Part shown: piece after piece, positions 35,498-49,883 of the stretch
Numbering within the stretch: the stretch's first letter is position 1
How the letters are laid out: every line of letters starts with the position of its first letter
Assembly (NCBI RefSeq): GCF_963921235.1
Contig: NC_086108.1
Span: 71,302,001-71,366,000 of the forward strand
DNA length: 64,000 bases
Direction of reading: 5' to 3'
Source of the DNA: Mobula hypostoma
Lineage: Eukaryota
Made by a program: the position numbers and the translations under genes
The notes under the pieces: model-generated
Seen by the model: only the letters and a program-made list of their open reading frames with translations
What the model was told of the DNA's origin: nothing
Database searches by the model: none

Positions 35498-37426
35498 CAG
35501 AGCTCATTAGTAACATATTAACAAATTAGATATTTAAACCACTAAAATGTAGTAATGACATCAAATAAAGAACATTTTTAAAGAATAAATAGTAAAAAAA
35601 ACTAAAATTGTACAAAATGGCAAAAAATAATTAACGTTATTTCCTCTGTTCTTTAGCCAGATTCATTTGGAAAGGTGGAATGAATGTTCCTAACGTTTCG
35701 TTCTCTAGTTCTGCATTCAACATCATCATGTTAAGCATTCTTTCTTCTTGAGCAGCCCTTTGTGATCAAGGACAGCTTGCTTTCATTTCACGTCTGTGTT
35801 GCTGTGGAAGTTGAAGAGTCTTTTGGAGGTGGAGGGAATGTGGTACAAACTGGTTGGATAAAAGGTGCTTGATAGTGCAGGTGGGAGAGTTAAATTTGGG
35901 AAGTTGGGTGCTCATTCTGCTGTGTGTGTGAATGTCCTGTCCTCCCTGTGCCTCTGTTATGGATATTCCACATGTTCAGAGTCTTCCCATATGGTCTTTC
36001 ATTTTGAACAGTCATACACCAGGGTTTTCCCAGGGCTTTAACAATGACCTTGAGGTATTTTCAGTGTCTTCCTGGCAATCTCAGTTCCTGGCAGAAGTGG
36101 GAGTGGAGTACTTTTAAAGGAGTCTGAGGTCAGCCATGCAGACATTAAGACCCATTCAATGGGGAAGTCACACACTATGAACAACAGGAGGCAATGGAGA
36201 GCAGCTGACAGACTCACGAGGCTTTCCTTGGGGAAACACTGTGAGCTAAAGGTGGGGGTGGGGGAGGGCCGCATGCCTTGGATGGAGTGCATGCTGGAAT
36301 TCTGAGGAGGGTAGCAAGCAGCCATGGCATGGTGAATGGCAGTGCAGAGGCAGATTGATGCCGCAAATTGGTGTGCACATCTTCTTTTCCTTTCAATGTC
36401 CTTGTTCATTCTGCATCTATCTGACAGATATCCCTGAAAATCTGCATATAAGCCAGTCTGCACAGCTTTCAGACAAGAAGATCTGTGATTGAAGCACGTC
36501 TCCTTGTCAGTTGTACTGCAATATTCAGCCTTAATCGACTTCCACCTCTAGTTCCAAGCTGCCTCAACATATGAGCCCCGTTTTACATGGGATATATGCC
36601 AGAGGACCTCCTAAAGGGGATTTAAATGATTTGGGTATTGGCTCTGCAGATTATTTGGTCAACAACTAGTAGACAAGTATGGATCCCAAGACATCTTTGA
36701 TTGGATTAATAAAGTTTGCTCGAAGATTAAATAGAATAAAAAGATGTACATTTTGGTTTTTGGACTTAATAACCCTATAAAAACAAACTTTAAAAAGCTA
36801 TATGGAAAAGTCTGATGGAACAGTTTATCATTATTTACTGTGTGAAGCAAGATGATTTTTTCCCCTTCTACATCAACTGCAGATCTTCTGAATTTCAATT
36901 TGGCTCATGATATTTTATATCTAAAGTCATGCAGAAATTACAGGTATGAATTCTGAAACAGGTTATTTTGAATCTGCAACCTGATATTCTTCTACAAGAG
37001 AGAGTATTAAAGAAGAGGGCATAAAATAAGGATCCTGACTGATTTGCATCATGTAGATAGAACAAAGCAGTTCCTATTAACAGATGGTTTAAGGGCATGG
37101 GGAATAAATTTAAAATTTTAAGCAAGTCACGGGGGATGGAATGAATAAGATGCTTAATTACCCTGGCAGTCACTACCTGTTGCACTGTTTATTTACTTTG
37201 TAATCTATAGTAATTGTTTATGTCTTGTATTGTACTGCTACTGCAGAACACCAAATTTCATGACATATCACAATGATAATCAACCTGATTCTGACACCTT
37301 TAAAAGGGAACTGGTTGGGGATTTGTGAGAGAAAATTTCCAGGTTTTTGGGAAAAGAATTGTTAAAAGCTGCAGGTGAGGTGCTGGAGACTTTCATGACT
37401 TCTTTTTCCGTACCTGATTTAGCAAG

Positions 37427-37647
37427 GAGGCAGGAGAAGAGCGCATTGGCTTGGCCCAGCTGATGTGCATACTACGAGAAGAGTTCAGGTTCCTCCGCCG
37501 GGCAGAGTGGCATCGGAGGCAGCGTCATGAAAGGGCCCGAAAACGTGTTGCCTTTATCATCAACCCCTTCAAGTTCACCAAGGAGTTGCTGGGGGAGAAG
37601 CGCAGTGGGAAACTGGCCTGTTCGCAGGAAGACATAGACCAACACCC
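37427..37647 (+). mobile_element. R2-Hero-like non-LTR retrotransposon internal fragment
   Basis: LRRAEWHRRQRHERARKRVAFIINPFKFTKELLGEKRSGKLACSQEDIDQH resembles the pre-RT region of Hero elements (from recall). Confidence 0.65.
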
Positions 37648-38879
37648 GAATTCTCTCTCATTCAAGGGTATACTTCTCAGTCCTTTACTGACATTAGTTT
37701 AGGTGGTACACAAGTTGTGCCCCACAATATTTGAGTTAACTCATAACCCAACAATGATGCGTGAAAAATATTCCAAAATCTCAGCAGTTATTTCAGGTAA
37801 ATGCCTAATCCAAGAAAACATGGCCCTGTGATCTGAAACTTTGACAATAATGAGCATTATGGGATGGAATTTCCATGGTAATTCTCTTGATCTTTCACCA
37901 TAACATTGGGAACGAGGAAATGGAAAAATAACAGCAGGTGAAGAACCCTGTGAATATTCCAGGGTTACCTCTGTTACTTATTCATGGAAAAACTAAATTC
38001 CATTCAAATACCACATTGGAAATGAAATGTGTTTAACTCAGTAATAAACTCTTTCTTCTGCCACAGGACTTCTGTACCCACCTTTCTGAATCTGGTCTCA
38101 TTACTCAAGCAGAAAAGTAGCCTGCTGGGGTTGGGAAGATGTTGGAACTGCTACTGTGGACTGACACTATAGAATAAAAGGAGCCTTTTAAAGGGACAAA
38201 ATAGAAGACTTATCCTGGAGGTTGGTTATTGACCTCCAACCACTACAACTTTAGCATTTTCTGTCAGGATCACCTTATGTTCAGAGGAGTGAGGAGAGGA
38301 GCTTACCTGGAGTCAATTTATGTACATACAATCAGTCTACGTATATAAGTGAATCTTATGTATATACATTGTGTTTCATAGGATTGTTTTTATATTTATT
38401 ATGTTTTATACTTATTGTGTTTTTTAAATGTTGCATTGGACCTACAGTAACAATCATTTTGTTCTCCTTTACACTTGTATTCTGAAGAATGACAATAGGC
38501 AATCTTGAATCATCTTCCTTTGGGCAAGTTATATTTTCAACCATAGTTTTATTTGCTTATACCCATTCATTTCAGTTTTACCAAATCTTTTCAGAGCGAC
38601 ACTCAGTCAAGTGCTACCTGAATGTCAAAGACAGTCCATCCCACTTCACCTCTGGAATTCAGCACTCGGATCCATGTTTGGACTCAGTCTGTGATGAGAC
38701 GGAGACAAGTGATCCTGGAAAAACTCAATTTGTGCATTGCAGAGCAGGTTAGAGAGTGCTTCTTGACAGTGATGACTGAGAATAGACTGATTAGGAGGCA
38801 GTTAGCCAGACTGTACATGTCCTACTTTTTAGAACAAGACATCCCTTGGCAGTTTTCAACATTTTCAGGTAGATGTCAT

Positions 38880-40160
38880 TGTTCAAAGTAAAGTTCAAAG
38901 TAATTTATTATCAAAGTACCATATACAACCAGAGATTTATTTCCTGGGTGACATACTCTATAAATCTATAGAATAATAGCCATAACAGAATCAATAGAAG
39001 ACCGCAATAACTTCAGTGTTCAACCAGTGTGCAAAAGCCAACAAACTACAAATACAAAAAGAAAGAAATAATAATAATAAATAAATAAACAATAAGTATC
39101 AAGAACATGAGATGAAGAGTCCTTGAAAGCGAGTCCATAGGTTGTGGTAACATTGTAACAATACTGGAATTTGGCTACATTTGTGAGTCATTGTGGAATG
39201 TGGTCTTCAGTGCTACAACTGAGGTGTTGTCTGGTCTCACAGTACTTTGCTGTATCCAGTGATCTCAGCCATTTCTAGATCAATGTTCAAAGTTCAAAAT
39301 AAACGATATGACACCTTGAGATTCATTTTCTTGTGGACATTCTCAATAAATCCATAATAAAATAATAACCATAATAGAATCAATAGAAGATTGCACCAGC
39401 TTAGGATTCAATCAGTGTGCAAAAAGACAACAAATGTGAAAATACAAGTAAAAGCAATAATAATAAATAAATAAGCAATGAGATGAAGAGTCCTTGAAAG
39501 TGAGTCCGTTTGTTATGGGAACGTTTCAGTGATGGGGCCAATGAAGTTGAATGAAATTATCCCCTTTGGTTGAGCCTGATGGTTGAGAAGTAGTAACTAT
39601 TCCTGTACCTGGTAGTGTGATTCCTGAGGCTCCTGTACCTTCTTCCTGATGGTGACAGTGAGAAAGGGGCATGTTCTGGGTGTTGGGGGTCCCTGATGAT
39701 GGATGCTGCTTTTCTGCGACAGCATTTCATATAGATGTGCTCAATGACTGGGAGGGCTTTACCTGTGATGGACTAGGCCATATACACTGCTTTTTGTAGG
39801 GTTTTCTGCTCAAGGGCTTTGGTGTTTCCACACCAGGCTGTGATGTGGCCAGTCAACACAACCTCCTCTACACATCTATAGAGGTCGTGCTGAATCTCAG
39901 CAATTTCCAAGGAAGTAGAGGCACTGCCGTGCTTTCTTTGTAATTGCAAAGGCCCAGGACAGGTCCTCTGAAATAATAACACAAGGAATTTAAAGTTGCT
40001 GACCCTCTCCACGTTTGATCCTCCGATGAGGACTGGCTCATGGACCTCTGGTTTCCTCCCCCTGAGGTTAATAATGAGCTCCTAGGTCTTGCTGACATCG
40101 AGGGAGATGTTGTTGTCATGGCAACACTCAGCCAGATTTTCAATCTCCCTCCTATATGCT
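38880..40160 (-). mobile_element. Rex1/Babar-type LINE 3' fragments (two tandem tails)
   Basis: MERVSNFKFL, TGHITAWCGN. (TTCAAAG)n tails at ~38880 and ~39285. Confidence 0.75.
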
Positions 40161-40409
40161 GGTACTGAATGGAGTGATTATAATTAGCTGGAGGCCAGCT
40201 CCTGTAGTAGTGGGTGATCTCTGAAGGAAGCCTTGATCACATTTGGCTGCAAATGCTTCAGTAGGTTCTTTAGTACTCATATGACAGGGCCCTGCTGATA
40301 ATGTGTCTTGGATATTCTTAAAGTTCCTCCAGGGACCATTTAGTTGTCCGCCGCTTCTGGATGCAACATGACTGCAGAGCTTTGATATGATCCTTTTGAT
40401 TATCTATCC

Positions 40410-40670
40410 ATCTATCTATTTATTGAGATACAGTACAGAACGGGCCCTTCAGACCCTTTGAGCTGCCCCACCCAGCAACCCCTAATTTAACCCTAGCCTA
40501 GTTACACGATAATCTACATTGACTAAGTAACCTACTAGCTGGTACGCCTTTGCACTGTGGGACGTAACTGGAGCACCCGGAGGAAACCCACGCAGTCACG
40601 GGGAAAGCAGCGTGAAATGGACTCTGGGGTGGCAGGAACTGTGAAGCGACGTGCTGAGCACTACACCACC
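40410..40670 (-). mobile_element. V-SINE/HE1-like SINE
   Basis: GGAGCACCCGGAGGAAACCCACGCAGTCACGGGGA is the V-SINE central core in antisense. Confidence 0.7.
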
Positions 40671-42055
40671 GATGCAGTATCACTTGCCTCTGTCTCATAC
40701 ATTGGTGCTTCTGTTCCATGGCTTGGCTACGGCATGTTCTACCGCAGTTCCCACTCAATCAAGGTTGATCCCTAGGTTTGATCGCAAAGGTGCAGTGAAG
40801 GGTATGGAGGCCATGAGTTTACAGTTTGTGACAGTATACATTATTTTTCTGCTGTTGGTACTTAAAACAAACATATTTGTTTGTACATTCTGTTAACTCA
40901 GATATCATTATAGACAATTTGAAGTGGGTACTGTAATTTGCTGATTCCAGTTTTTGAACTCCATTTTTTTTTAGTATTATAAACTATATCATTAGCATAT
41001 GATTTTATACTCTAATTTTATTTTGCTTTTCCTGCCAATGGAAATAAAGTATTCATTAACAAAGCTGAAGTGATTCATGATCTGTGGTTATGAAGGCAAT
41101 TTACATGATTAAATCTACCACTGAATTTTAAGTTACTACTCAGGAAGTTATTGAACATTAGCGCTCTTATGCAGTTAATGGTCACATGTAGGGTGATTCT
41201 GTCCTTTATATCTATTTATTTGTCAGAGATAATTCTCAATCATACATCTTTTAACTTTGACATGTATCAACTATTGAGCTTTTGGACAGCCTGACATCAA
41301 TAAATGCACTCTTTCTAATGGCTGGAATTCAGAAAAAATAATAAAATGGAAATGAAGTATTGTTTTTATGGTGTCCAATTTATGGTGAGGAAATACCCAT
41401 TCAATTTGACTTGGAATATTTTGCTCTATGACTATGTTCATGCACCCTCCTCTTCCATTGGTCATCCACTTCAATATTATAGTAATATGCAATTAACTCT
41501 AATCTGTTGGCTTTGGAGAACTCTGGTTCTATCTGTCATCAACTGCTTTTAATCGTAGTGTTCAAGTAGTCCTGCTTAGTATCCTACTAGATTGGTATCT
41601 CTTTCTAATTCATCCCTTGTGTTGCTTCTAATGTGTTTTCATATTCCTCCCCCGCCCCCAACTGAGCCAACATCTGACAGGTTATTGGAGGTAAGGATGA
41701 GGGAAGTGTTAGACCAAGGAGCTACTGGGTTTTAGAGGCTGCTATAGGCCACCGTAGGCCAGTAGCGTGATTTGCAGTTCTGTTGATTTAATGCTCACTG
41801 TGACTCAAAAATGTTAACTTAGACCTATTCCCAGAGTGCCTTAAATAAAAGTTGCAGAGTTAAATATAGCTAAAATGCAGATTAGATCATCTAAGAAGCT
41901 AATGCAAGGTTTTAATTTTAGAAAATAATCAATATACTTTTTTGAACTGAAGACTGTTGAAACAGTTTGTAATGAGTTACAAGAGATCTTAATCATTTAA
42001 TGAGATGGCTGAAGAATGAAACGGAGACATCTCTTTCTCCCTTAAATGTGAAGAG

Positions 42056-42711
42056 AAGATGGCGGTGTGACGCAGCGTGCAGTGGCCACTCTGGAATGAA
42101 TATCTGTTATTTGTTAAGTAGGATGCCATGCACAATCCTGATTTGATGGAGATGGACGTGAGAAGCACAGAGGAACATCTGGTGAAACTTCTGAAATGCA
42201 TGTTTCGCTGCTGCTGCTACTGTGTGATCCAGAACCTCCATAGGGAAAGGCCCCGAATCCTTGGCTTTGCCTGTTGCTTGGCGTCCATGGCCGGGCTCGG
42301 CAGAGATGGTGCTCAGTGCTCGGTGTTGGAAGGCTGGTTGGAGGCTCGGTTTTTGGATGGATTCAGATTCGGCTGTGGTCGGGTGCTTCCAGGGTGCTGC
42401 ATCACCAAGTTTGCGGCGCTGGAGGTTCATGGCAGGGAGAGTTTTTCTTCCTTCTACCATCTGCGTGAGATGATGGGACTATCGGGACTTTGAGACTTTT
42501 TTTTACCGTGCCCATGGTTTGCTCTTGATCAAATTACGGTATTGCTTTGCACTGTTGTAACTATATGTTATAATTATGTGGTTTTTGTCAGTTTTAGTCT
42601 TGGTCTGTCTTGTGTTTCTGCGATATCATACCGGAGGAACATTGTATCATTACTTAATGCATGCATTACTAAGTAAATGAGGACTGAGTGTCCTCATAAT
42701 CTAATCTAATT
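42056..42711 (+). mobile_element. Non-autonomous retroposon (AAGATGGCG start, (TAATC)n tail)
   Basis: Starts AAGATGGCGG, has a CpG-rich body, and ends CATAATCTAATCTAAT. Related copy at 19588-20166. Confidence 0.7.
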
Positions 42712-43049
42712 AGGGAGAGAGAGAGCCTGTGGTATGTTGAATACTGGGTGAAATACAAGGTCTTTGGACAACTGCAAGTCTGTGTCTTTGCTGATTTCTT
42801 GCTCACATTTGAGTGCTCAGTGGTGGGTGCCGATGCTCTTTTTTGCCGGTGGGGGGAAGGGTGATCGTTGCTTGCTGCTGCTTACGTGTAGGAGGGAGGG
42901 GAGCTGGGGGTGGACTTTGGGGTTCTAACATTTAACTGTCATTCATTCTTTGGGGGCACTCCTCTGTTTTTGTGGATGGTTGCAAGGAAAAGGCATTTCA
43001 GGATGTATATTGTATACGTTTCTCTGACATTAATGTACCTTTGAAACCT

Positions 43050-43830
43050 TTGAATGGCAAATGGATTTCAACTTGGAGAAGAATGAGGAGATATATTTTG
43101 GACAGTCAAACCAGGATAGGAACTATACAGTGAATGGTAGGGTACTGATGAGTGTTGTGGAACAGAGGGAGTACAAGGGCACCATTCACTGAATGGAGCC
43201 ATCAAAGTAGAGAGTGAGAAAAAGGCATTTAGTATGCTGGCCTTCATCAGTCAAGGCTTCGAGTTTAGGAGTAGGGACATTATGTTGCGGATATTTAATC
43301 TGTTAGTGAGAGCACACTTGGAGCATTGTCTACAGCTTTGGTCACCCTGTTATAGGAAAGACATTGTCAAGCTGGAGCAGAGAGATTTACAAGGACTAGA
43401 ACTCCTGAACTAACGAGAGCCTGAGTTATAAGAAGAGGTTGGCTACCATAGATCTTTATTCCTTGAAGCATAAGCGAATGAGAGGTGAATTCATAGAAGT
43501 TTATAAAATCATGAACAGTATGGATAATGTGGACAGTCATAGCGTTTTCCCCAGGGCTGGGGAGTCCAAAATGAGAAGGCACAAGCACAAGAAAAGAGAG
43601 GAGAGAGTCAAACAAGATCTGAGAGGTAAATTATTTACACAGAGTTTAGTGAGTACCTGGAATGAGCATCTAGAATGTAGGCACGTACAGTTACAACATT
43701 TCAGAGATATTCTGATAGGCACATGGAGGGGAAGAGCTTGGAGGGCTATAGGGAAAATGCGGGCAACTGAGTCCAGTAGGGAGCTGTGGTCAGCATGGAC
43801 AGGTGGGCCAAAACCTTCTGTCTGTACACA
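43050..43830 (+). mobile_element. Old CR1 RT C-terminal fragment
   Basis: LVRAHLEHC, LYSLKHKRMRGEFIEVYKIM, LFTQSLVSTWNE. Confidence 0.85.
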
Positions 43831-46800
43831 ATTCATTCCAGCCAATGAAAAATATCAGAGAAAGGAAAAAGATTTGTTGGGGTCTTAAAAGAAAGATTTA
43901 TGGACAACATATGTTCTCTGGAGCAAGCTGGATTACTCCACAGAGTCAGAGAAGATATGTTTATTTTTACGACAGAAGGAGGCAATATGGCCTATCAGAT
44001 TCAATCATATTTTTGCCACATGTCCACACGAAGGTGTGATTTACAGTAGCTACGTCACATTTTTAGGATTTCTTAGTACTTCTACAATTTTTTTGTCTGC
44101 AGCAAGTGGGACCATTGTCACTAACTGGAGTGAAAATTACATAGGGACGTATGTCTACTGGTGACAGTCATTGTAGTCTTGTTTATTTTTATAGGATCAC
44201 ATTAATGCAACATATAGCAAGAGCTGATACAAGTCAGTTAAAAGTGATGTCATTCAAAAGGATAAAATACTAAAATTGACATTTTTCCTTAAATGAATGA
44301 GATTCTGATATGTAGTCACACATTTAAAGAAATGGGAAAAATCTATTTTAAATGTGCATCCTTGTGAAAGGAGTTTTGGGAAACATTTGTAATGAAAAGT
44401 TATGGATAATAGAATAGGCCATGGAAGGGAATTTGGGAAACATCTTTTTTCACAGAAGGTGCCTAATTTCGTGAATGGTCACATTCATTGGAAGTATTTA
44501 AGAAAGCACTGTAAATACTTGTACGATCAGGGAGCTGAGGATTGTGGGGAATTGGCACTGAACAGAAATTTCAGAAGGAAATCCCCAGTACTTTGCACGA
44601 AAAGATTTCACGTTTCCCATACTTTGCCCTTTCTGATTTCACTTCTAGAAGGTCTGGCTCTAACGTTCAAGATTAAGGATCGCTGTTCTGGATTCTGGCA
44701 TCAGAAGAAATAGATTAATAGCACTGAAACTATTTAGTGCTTTAAGCACTTTAGTTGGACTGTCCTTCATGGGAATAAAAGTCAGTTCATGCAATCTGTC
44801 CTTGAAATTAAACCATTGACCTCTGTCCTTGGAAAAAATGCCTTGTCTTTGTCCTCCCTTTTCAGTCCAATATAATTTTGACCATGGCCTACCTTCCTGC
44901 ATATCTTTATTCCAGCCTTCGAATTTCTGGGCATACCCTACCCTTGCCCTAGAAGCAGGAGTTAAGAGTCAATTACATTGTGGTCCTGGAGCCTGCTAAG
45001 AATGGGAAGTTTGCTTCAAAGACATTAGTAAACCAACTGTTTTTTTACAGCGATGTGGCAGTTTTGCAGTTACCATTAGTAAGAAAACCTTTTAAAGTAA
45101 AAATTCTGATTTGTTTAATTACCTGAACTTAACTTCTTCAACTACCTTAGTGGGATTTGAATTAATGTTTCAGAATTAATGGTCCAGTACTTTGGCTGCT
45201 GATCCTGTATATTAACCATTATGTGACATTATGTTGAGAATAATTTGTAAATCTGAGTGTTGCTCTGCTCTGGAGCAATTGTCAGACCATTTTGTATTTC
45301 TCAGATCTGTTCATCCTTTAGACTTTGTAATGAAAGCTGCCTTTAAGTAGCTTAAGCTGCTTATTTAATAAATATTTCCTTTTCAGAACAGAATGAAGTC
45401 TACAAGAATCCCTCCAATTACATGTTAATATCACAGATTTGTGCTCAGAATGCACACCAGAAGAAAATATTCCCATTTGTGTATTTGTTCATAAACATAA
45501 TTCATAAGGTTTTCTTTGGGAAGCAAAGCTTGACTTCAGTTTGAGACTGCACACTAGCACAAAGCTCTTGACCTTTCTAATTGCTGTGGAAATTAGACAG
45601 AAGAGTGTATACATGAGGATGGATACTTGAAGTCTACATCAAGCCAAATACGACAAACATGCTGATCCAAAAGGCTCAAAGCTCTCTGAAAAATTCTATA
45701 AAGTGGAATTGGAGGTTCTGGTTACTTTATCTTATTGTGGGAAAAAATATCCTTTGCACAAAACAAAACCAGGGTTGTTGAATAGAAGATTTAATAAACC
45801 TGGAATTTCCTCCTCTGATTTCACATTGTCCAAATCGGCTTGCTAAGATGGAGAAGAGGTCTTGGAAATGGAGGAGAAAGTGGGGGACTGTTGTTTCAGT
45901 GTGACCATAGCAGTTGAGAATCCGTCTTCTTTCCTGCTACCATCTCTCACAGCTGGGCAAAGTGCCAACCAGATTCTGAACGGACAGATGGAAATGAGAC
46001 AGAAAAGATGTAGGATTGACATAAATCACACTTTCCGTCATTTTCACCTCATTAGCACTAGTTCACAATCCTGCTGGAATAATAGCTGACAGGCACCAAA
46101 AAGAAGCAGAAAATATATTAAAGAGCCTGGAAGCTAATTTTACAGAGTACTTATGAGTGACTTAAAGTCTGTCCACCCAGAGAAAATGATTGTGTAATAA
46201 AACTACCCCAGTTAGAGGTGCTTTTAACAAATGAAGTAAATTATCAATTTCACACTTGATCATAAATCTGGGTACTGTCACTAGAGCTATGAAGTACTTG
46301 AAGAAAAGTATCCCTAAGGATACTTTCAAGAGAAAAAATATCAAGGAACATTTAATTCCCTGGGTACTTTGATCTCTGTAGACTGCATTGCCAGTCTCCA
46401 CACCAATTACCCTTTATCTGGCTACTAAAAGAATTCACGCTGTGCGTCTGGTGGTTGTGAGGGGTTAAGTAATATATACGACTCAAGGTGACTCACAGTA
46501 AACCTCAGACTTGTTCATTGCTAAGAACATCTCATTTATCATGCTGAATGTTATTAATAATTAGTTTCTTGTCTAAGATGCATTGCATTCTGAATAGAAC
46601 ATTCAAAAGCACACCATCTTATTTCCTACATTCTTATTTACCTGTCTGTAGTTTTCAGTTATAAAGAAATGTATGCATAAACAAAGACCATTTAATATAA
46701 AACCATTGAACAATTTCATAAAATCCTGGCCTATTTTAGGTGATGTTTATTTTTATTTGAATGTAATTGCCATTATAAAATTAAATTAAACAACCTGTTT

Positions 46801-47254
46801 AAGTGGTATATGAACATTATACTTAAATGATGCTAGAAAATGATCTATGCAGAAAGGATTGACTACAGACTAGACAGAATTCCCACCAAAGATGGAAAAT
46901 CAAAAAACCAAAAGTGCTGGAAGTCTGAAATAAAAGCAGAAAGTATTTTCAACTTGAAGCATTGACTCTGTTTTTCTTTCCACAGATGACGGTGGTGTTT
47001 GTGGATCACACACAAGATTGCATTAAGTGGGTTGTACTGATGCAGCTATACATTAAAGAAGACTGGCAGTATATAATTTTTTTAATAACAGGTTCAAAAA
47101 AACTAGGAGTGTGCATATTGCTTGGCAATTAACTTCATTTATTATTGTTTTAGAATATTCATTTTAATTCTACATTTTGACAAAATGTACAAAGAAACTT
47201 AATTGCTTCTGGCAATTGACAGCCAAGACTAATCTAGATCATTTATGGTGGCTC

Positions 47255-47570
47255 TAGAGTCATAGGGAAGTACCAGCACAGAAACAGGCCTTTCAGCCCA
47301 TCTAGCTATGCTGAAACGCTGAACCATTTAAACTGCCTACTCCTATCGACCTGCGCTAGGACTATAGTCCTCCATACCCCAACCATCCACTTACCTGTCC
47401 AAACTTCACTTAAACATTGAAATTGAGCTCGTGTGCACCACTTGCGTTGGCAGCTCACTCCACACTCTCTTGGCCCTCTGAGTGAAGAAGTTTCCCTTCA
47501 TTTTTCCCTTAAACTTTTCACCTTTCACCCTTAACTCATTGTGCCTCTCATTGTAGTCCCACTCAGCCTC
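47255..47570 (-). mobile_element. CR1 3' fragment
   Basis: Similar to 31300-31615. Confidence 0.75.
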
Positions 47571-48544
47571 TTATTGAATCTAAACAAAGCTCTTACAGAG
47601 GTTTGATCTTTATCTCCCCATGCATCATTTTTTTAAGAAAACCCTTTCATTCATTATCCAATCCTGACTGAGTTTGTTGGATGTCTTACTATTTTTAGGT
47701 TATCAAACATTCAGTAATAAAGGTTACAGTGAAAACCAGAAAAAGATTGCAGACACTGGAAATCTTGAAGAGACAATGCTGGAAATACTTGGAGGTCAGG
47801 CTTGGGAAGAGAAATAGAGTCAATGGTCAGGTTGGAGATGCTTTGCCGGAACTGAGAAAAGAGACTGCAACAAATATGTTTTAAAATTTATTCCTTGTTC
47901 TTTGCTGACTCTGCAGCAAGAAGTTTCCGCAAACAAATAAGGCACTGAACATGTGTTAAAGATTATAAGAAATTACTTTATTGGAGTTATATAATGAATA
48001 AAATACAGATGAAAAAGAAAAGTAATTAATAAAGTAGTAATAGAGAAAAAATATTACTTACCAACCAGTCAGTGAACCATTCCACACACTATGCGGCAGA
48101 GAGATCAGCAAATCATCTACAGCTTTTCCAGGCTGTCTCACTCCCCCTTGCTCTCTCAGTCTCGATGTCTCTGTCTCAATCTCCACTAGTAGTCACCCAG
48201 CCTAAGAGAAGATTCCCACTTGCACAAAGAAATTCTAACAAAAAAATTTAAACATATATTTCACCCCAGTACTTTTCCATCTCTAGGCTTAGTAGTACCA
48301 GCCTGTACCCTCTTCTCTCTTGCAATCTTTGGCCTGCGCAGATAACTTAGAAACGGAGACAACAGGTCTGTGGGGAGGAAAACATCCTTCATCAGTATCT
48401 CATCTCAAGGATGTGCTATCATGCACACTTCCAGACTATTACAACATTCCAAGCCGTCACCATTTTGCCTCACAAAATTCAATTTTGGTTTACACATTTG
48501 AGCATATACCAAGTTTAACTCTTTCCTTATGGAGGCACAACAAG

Positions 48545-48960
48545 GACCTACCTGCACCTGTCTGATCTTTCCGTGGCAACACTAGGATCTGATGGCCACC
48601 CATTTCAATTCAGCTTCCTACTCCCTCATTGATACGTTTGTCCATGGCTTTCTCTACGGCCATATTGAGGCCAGATGCTGGTTGGAGGAGGAACATCTCA
48701 TATCATGTCTTGGCAAACTCCAATCTGATGGCATGAACATTGATTTTTCTAACTTCTGGTAACCACTCCCCTCTATTTTCTTTGATTTCAACAACTGACC
48801 CCCCCCCCCACTATGTTTTCCTCTCAGTGCCTCTCTCCCCTCTCCCACCCTCACGAACTGCCCATTCCCTCCTCCGGTTCTTCACTTTTTCCCTGTATTT
48901 CATGGTCTACTGTACTCTTCTATCAGATTTCTAGCTTCTCACATTATTCCCTTTCATTCT
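48545..48960 (+). mobile_element. Penelope-like 3' fragment
   Basis: MATHFNS...LEEEHLISCLGKLQSDGMNIDFSNF followed by a pyrimidine-rich UTR. Confidence 0.7.
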
Positions 48961-48967
48961 CCTTTCC

Positions 48968-49883
48968 TGTGTACTAAGCCCCCTCCTTTACTCCCTGTAT
49001 ACACATGACTGTGTCGCCACCCACAGCTCCAATCTGCTAATTGAATTTGCTGATGACACTACACTGATTGGCCTAATCTCAAATAATAATGAGGCAGCCT
49101 ACAGAGAAGAAGTCATCACCCTGACACAGTGGTGTCAAGAAATCAACCTTTCCCTCAATATCGCAAAAACAAAGGAGCTGGTTGTGGATTGCAGGAGGAA
49201 TGGAGACAGGGTAACCCCTATTGACATCAATGGATCTGGGGTTGAGAGGGTGAACAGCTTTAAGTTCCTCGGCATACACATCACCGAGGATCTTGCGTGG
49301 TCTGTACATACCAGCTGTGTGGTGAAAAAGGCACAACAGCATCTCCTTCTCCTCAGACAGTTGAAGAAATTTGGTATGGGTCCCCAGATCCTAAGAACTT
49401 TCTATAGGGACACAATTGAGAGCATCCTGACTGGCTGCATTATTGCCTGGTATGGGAACCGTACTTCCCTCAATCGCAGGACTCTGCAGAGAGTGGTATG
49501 GACAGTCCAGCACATCAGTAGATGTGAACTTCCCACTATTCAGAACACTTACAAAGACAGATGTGTAAAAAGGGCCTGAAGGATCATTGGGAACCCAAGT
49601 CACCCCAACCACAAATTGTTCCAGCTGCTGCCATCCAGGAATTTGTACTGCAGCATAAAAACCAGAACCAACAGGCTCTGGGACAGCTTCTTCCATCAGG
49701 CCATCAGAATCACTAATTCACGCTGATACAATTGTATTTCTATGTTATACTGATAGTCCTGTTGTACATACTATTTATTACAAATTACTATAAATTGCAC
49801 ATTGCACATTTAGATGGAGATGTAATGTAAAAATTTTTTAATGTAATGTAAGGATATAAGTAATAAAGTCAATTCAATTCAAT
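48968..49883 (+). mobile_element. 5'-truncated Rex1/Babar-type LINE
   Basis: VLSPLLYSLYTHDC, FADDTTLIGLI, KKAQQHL. Closely similar to 18660-19443 plus 26094-26238. (TTCAA)n tail. Confidence 0.9.
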
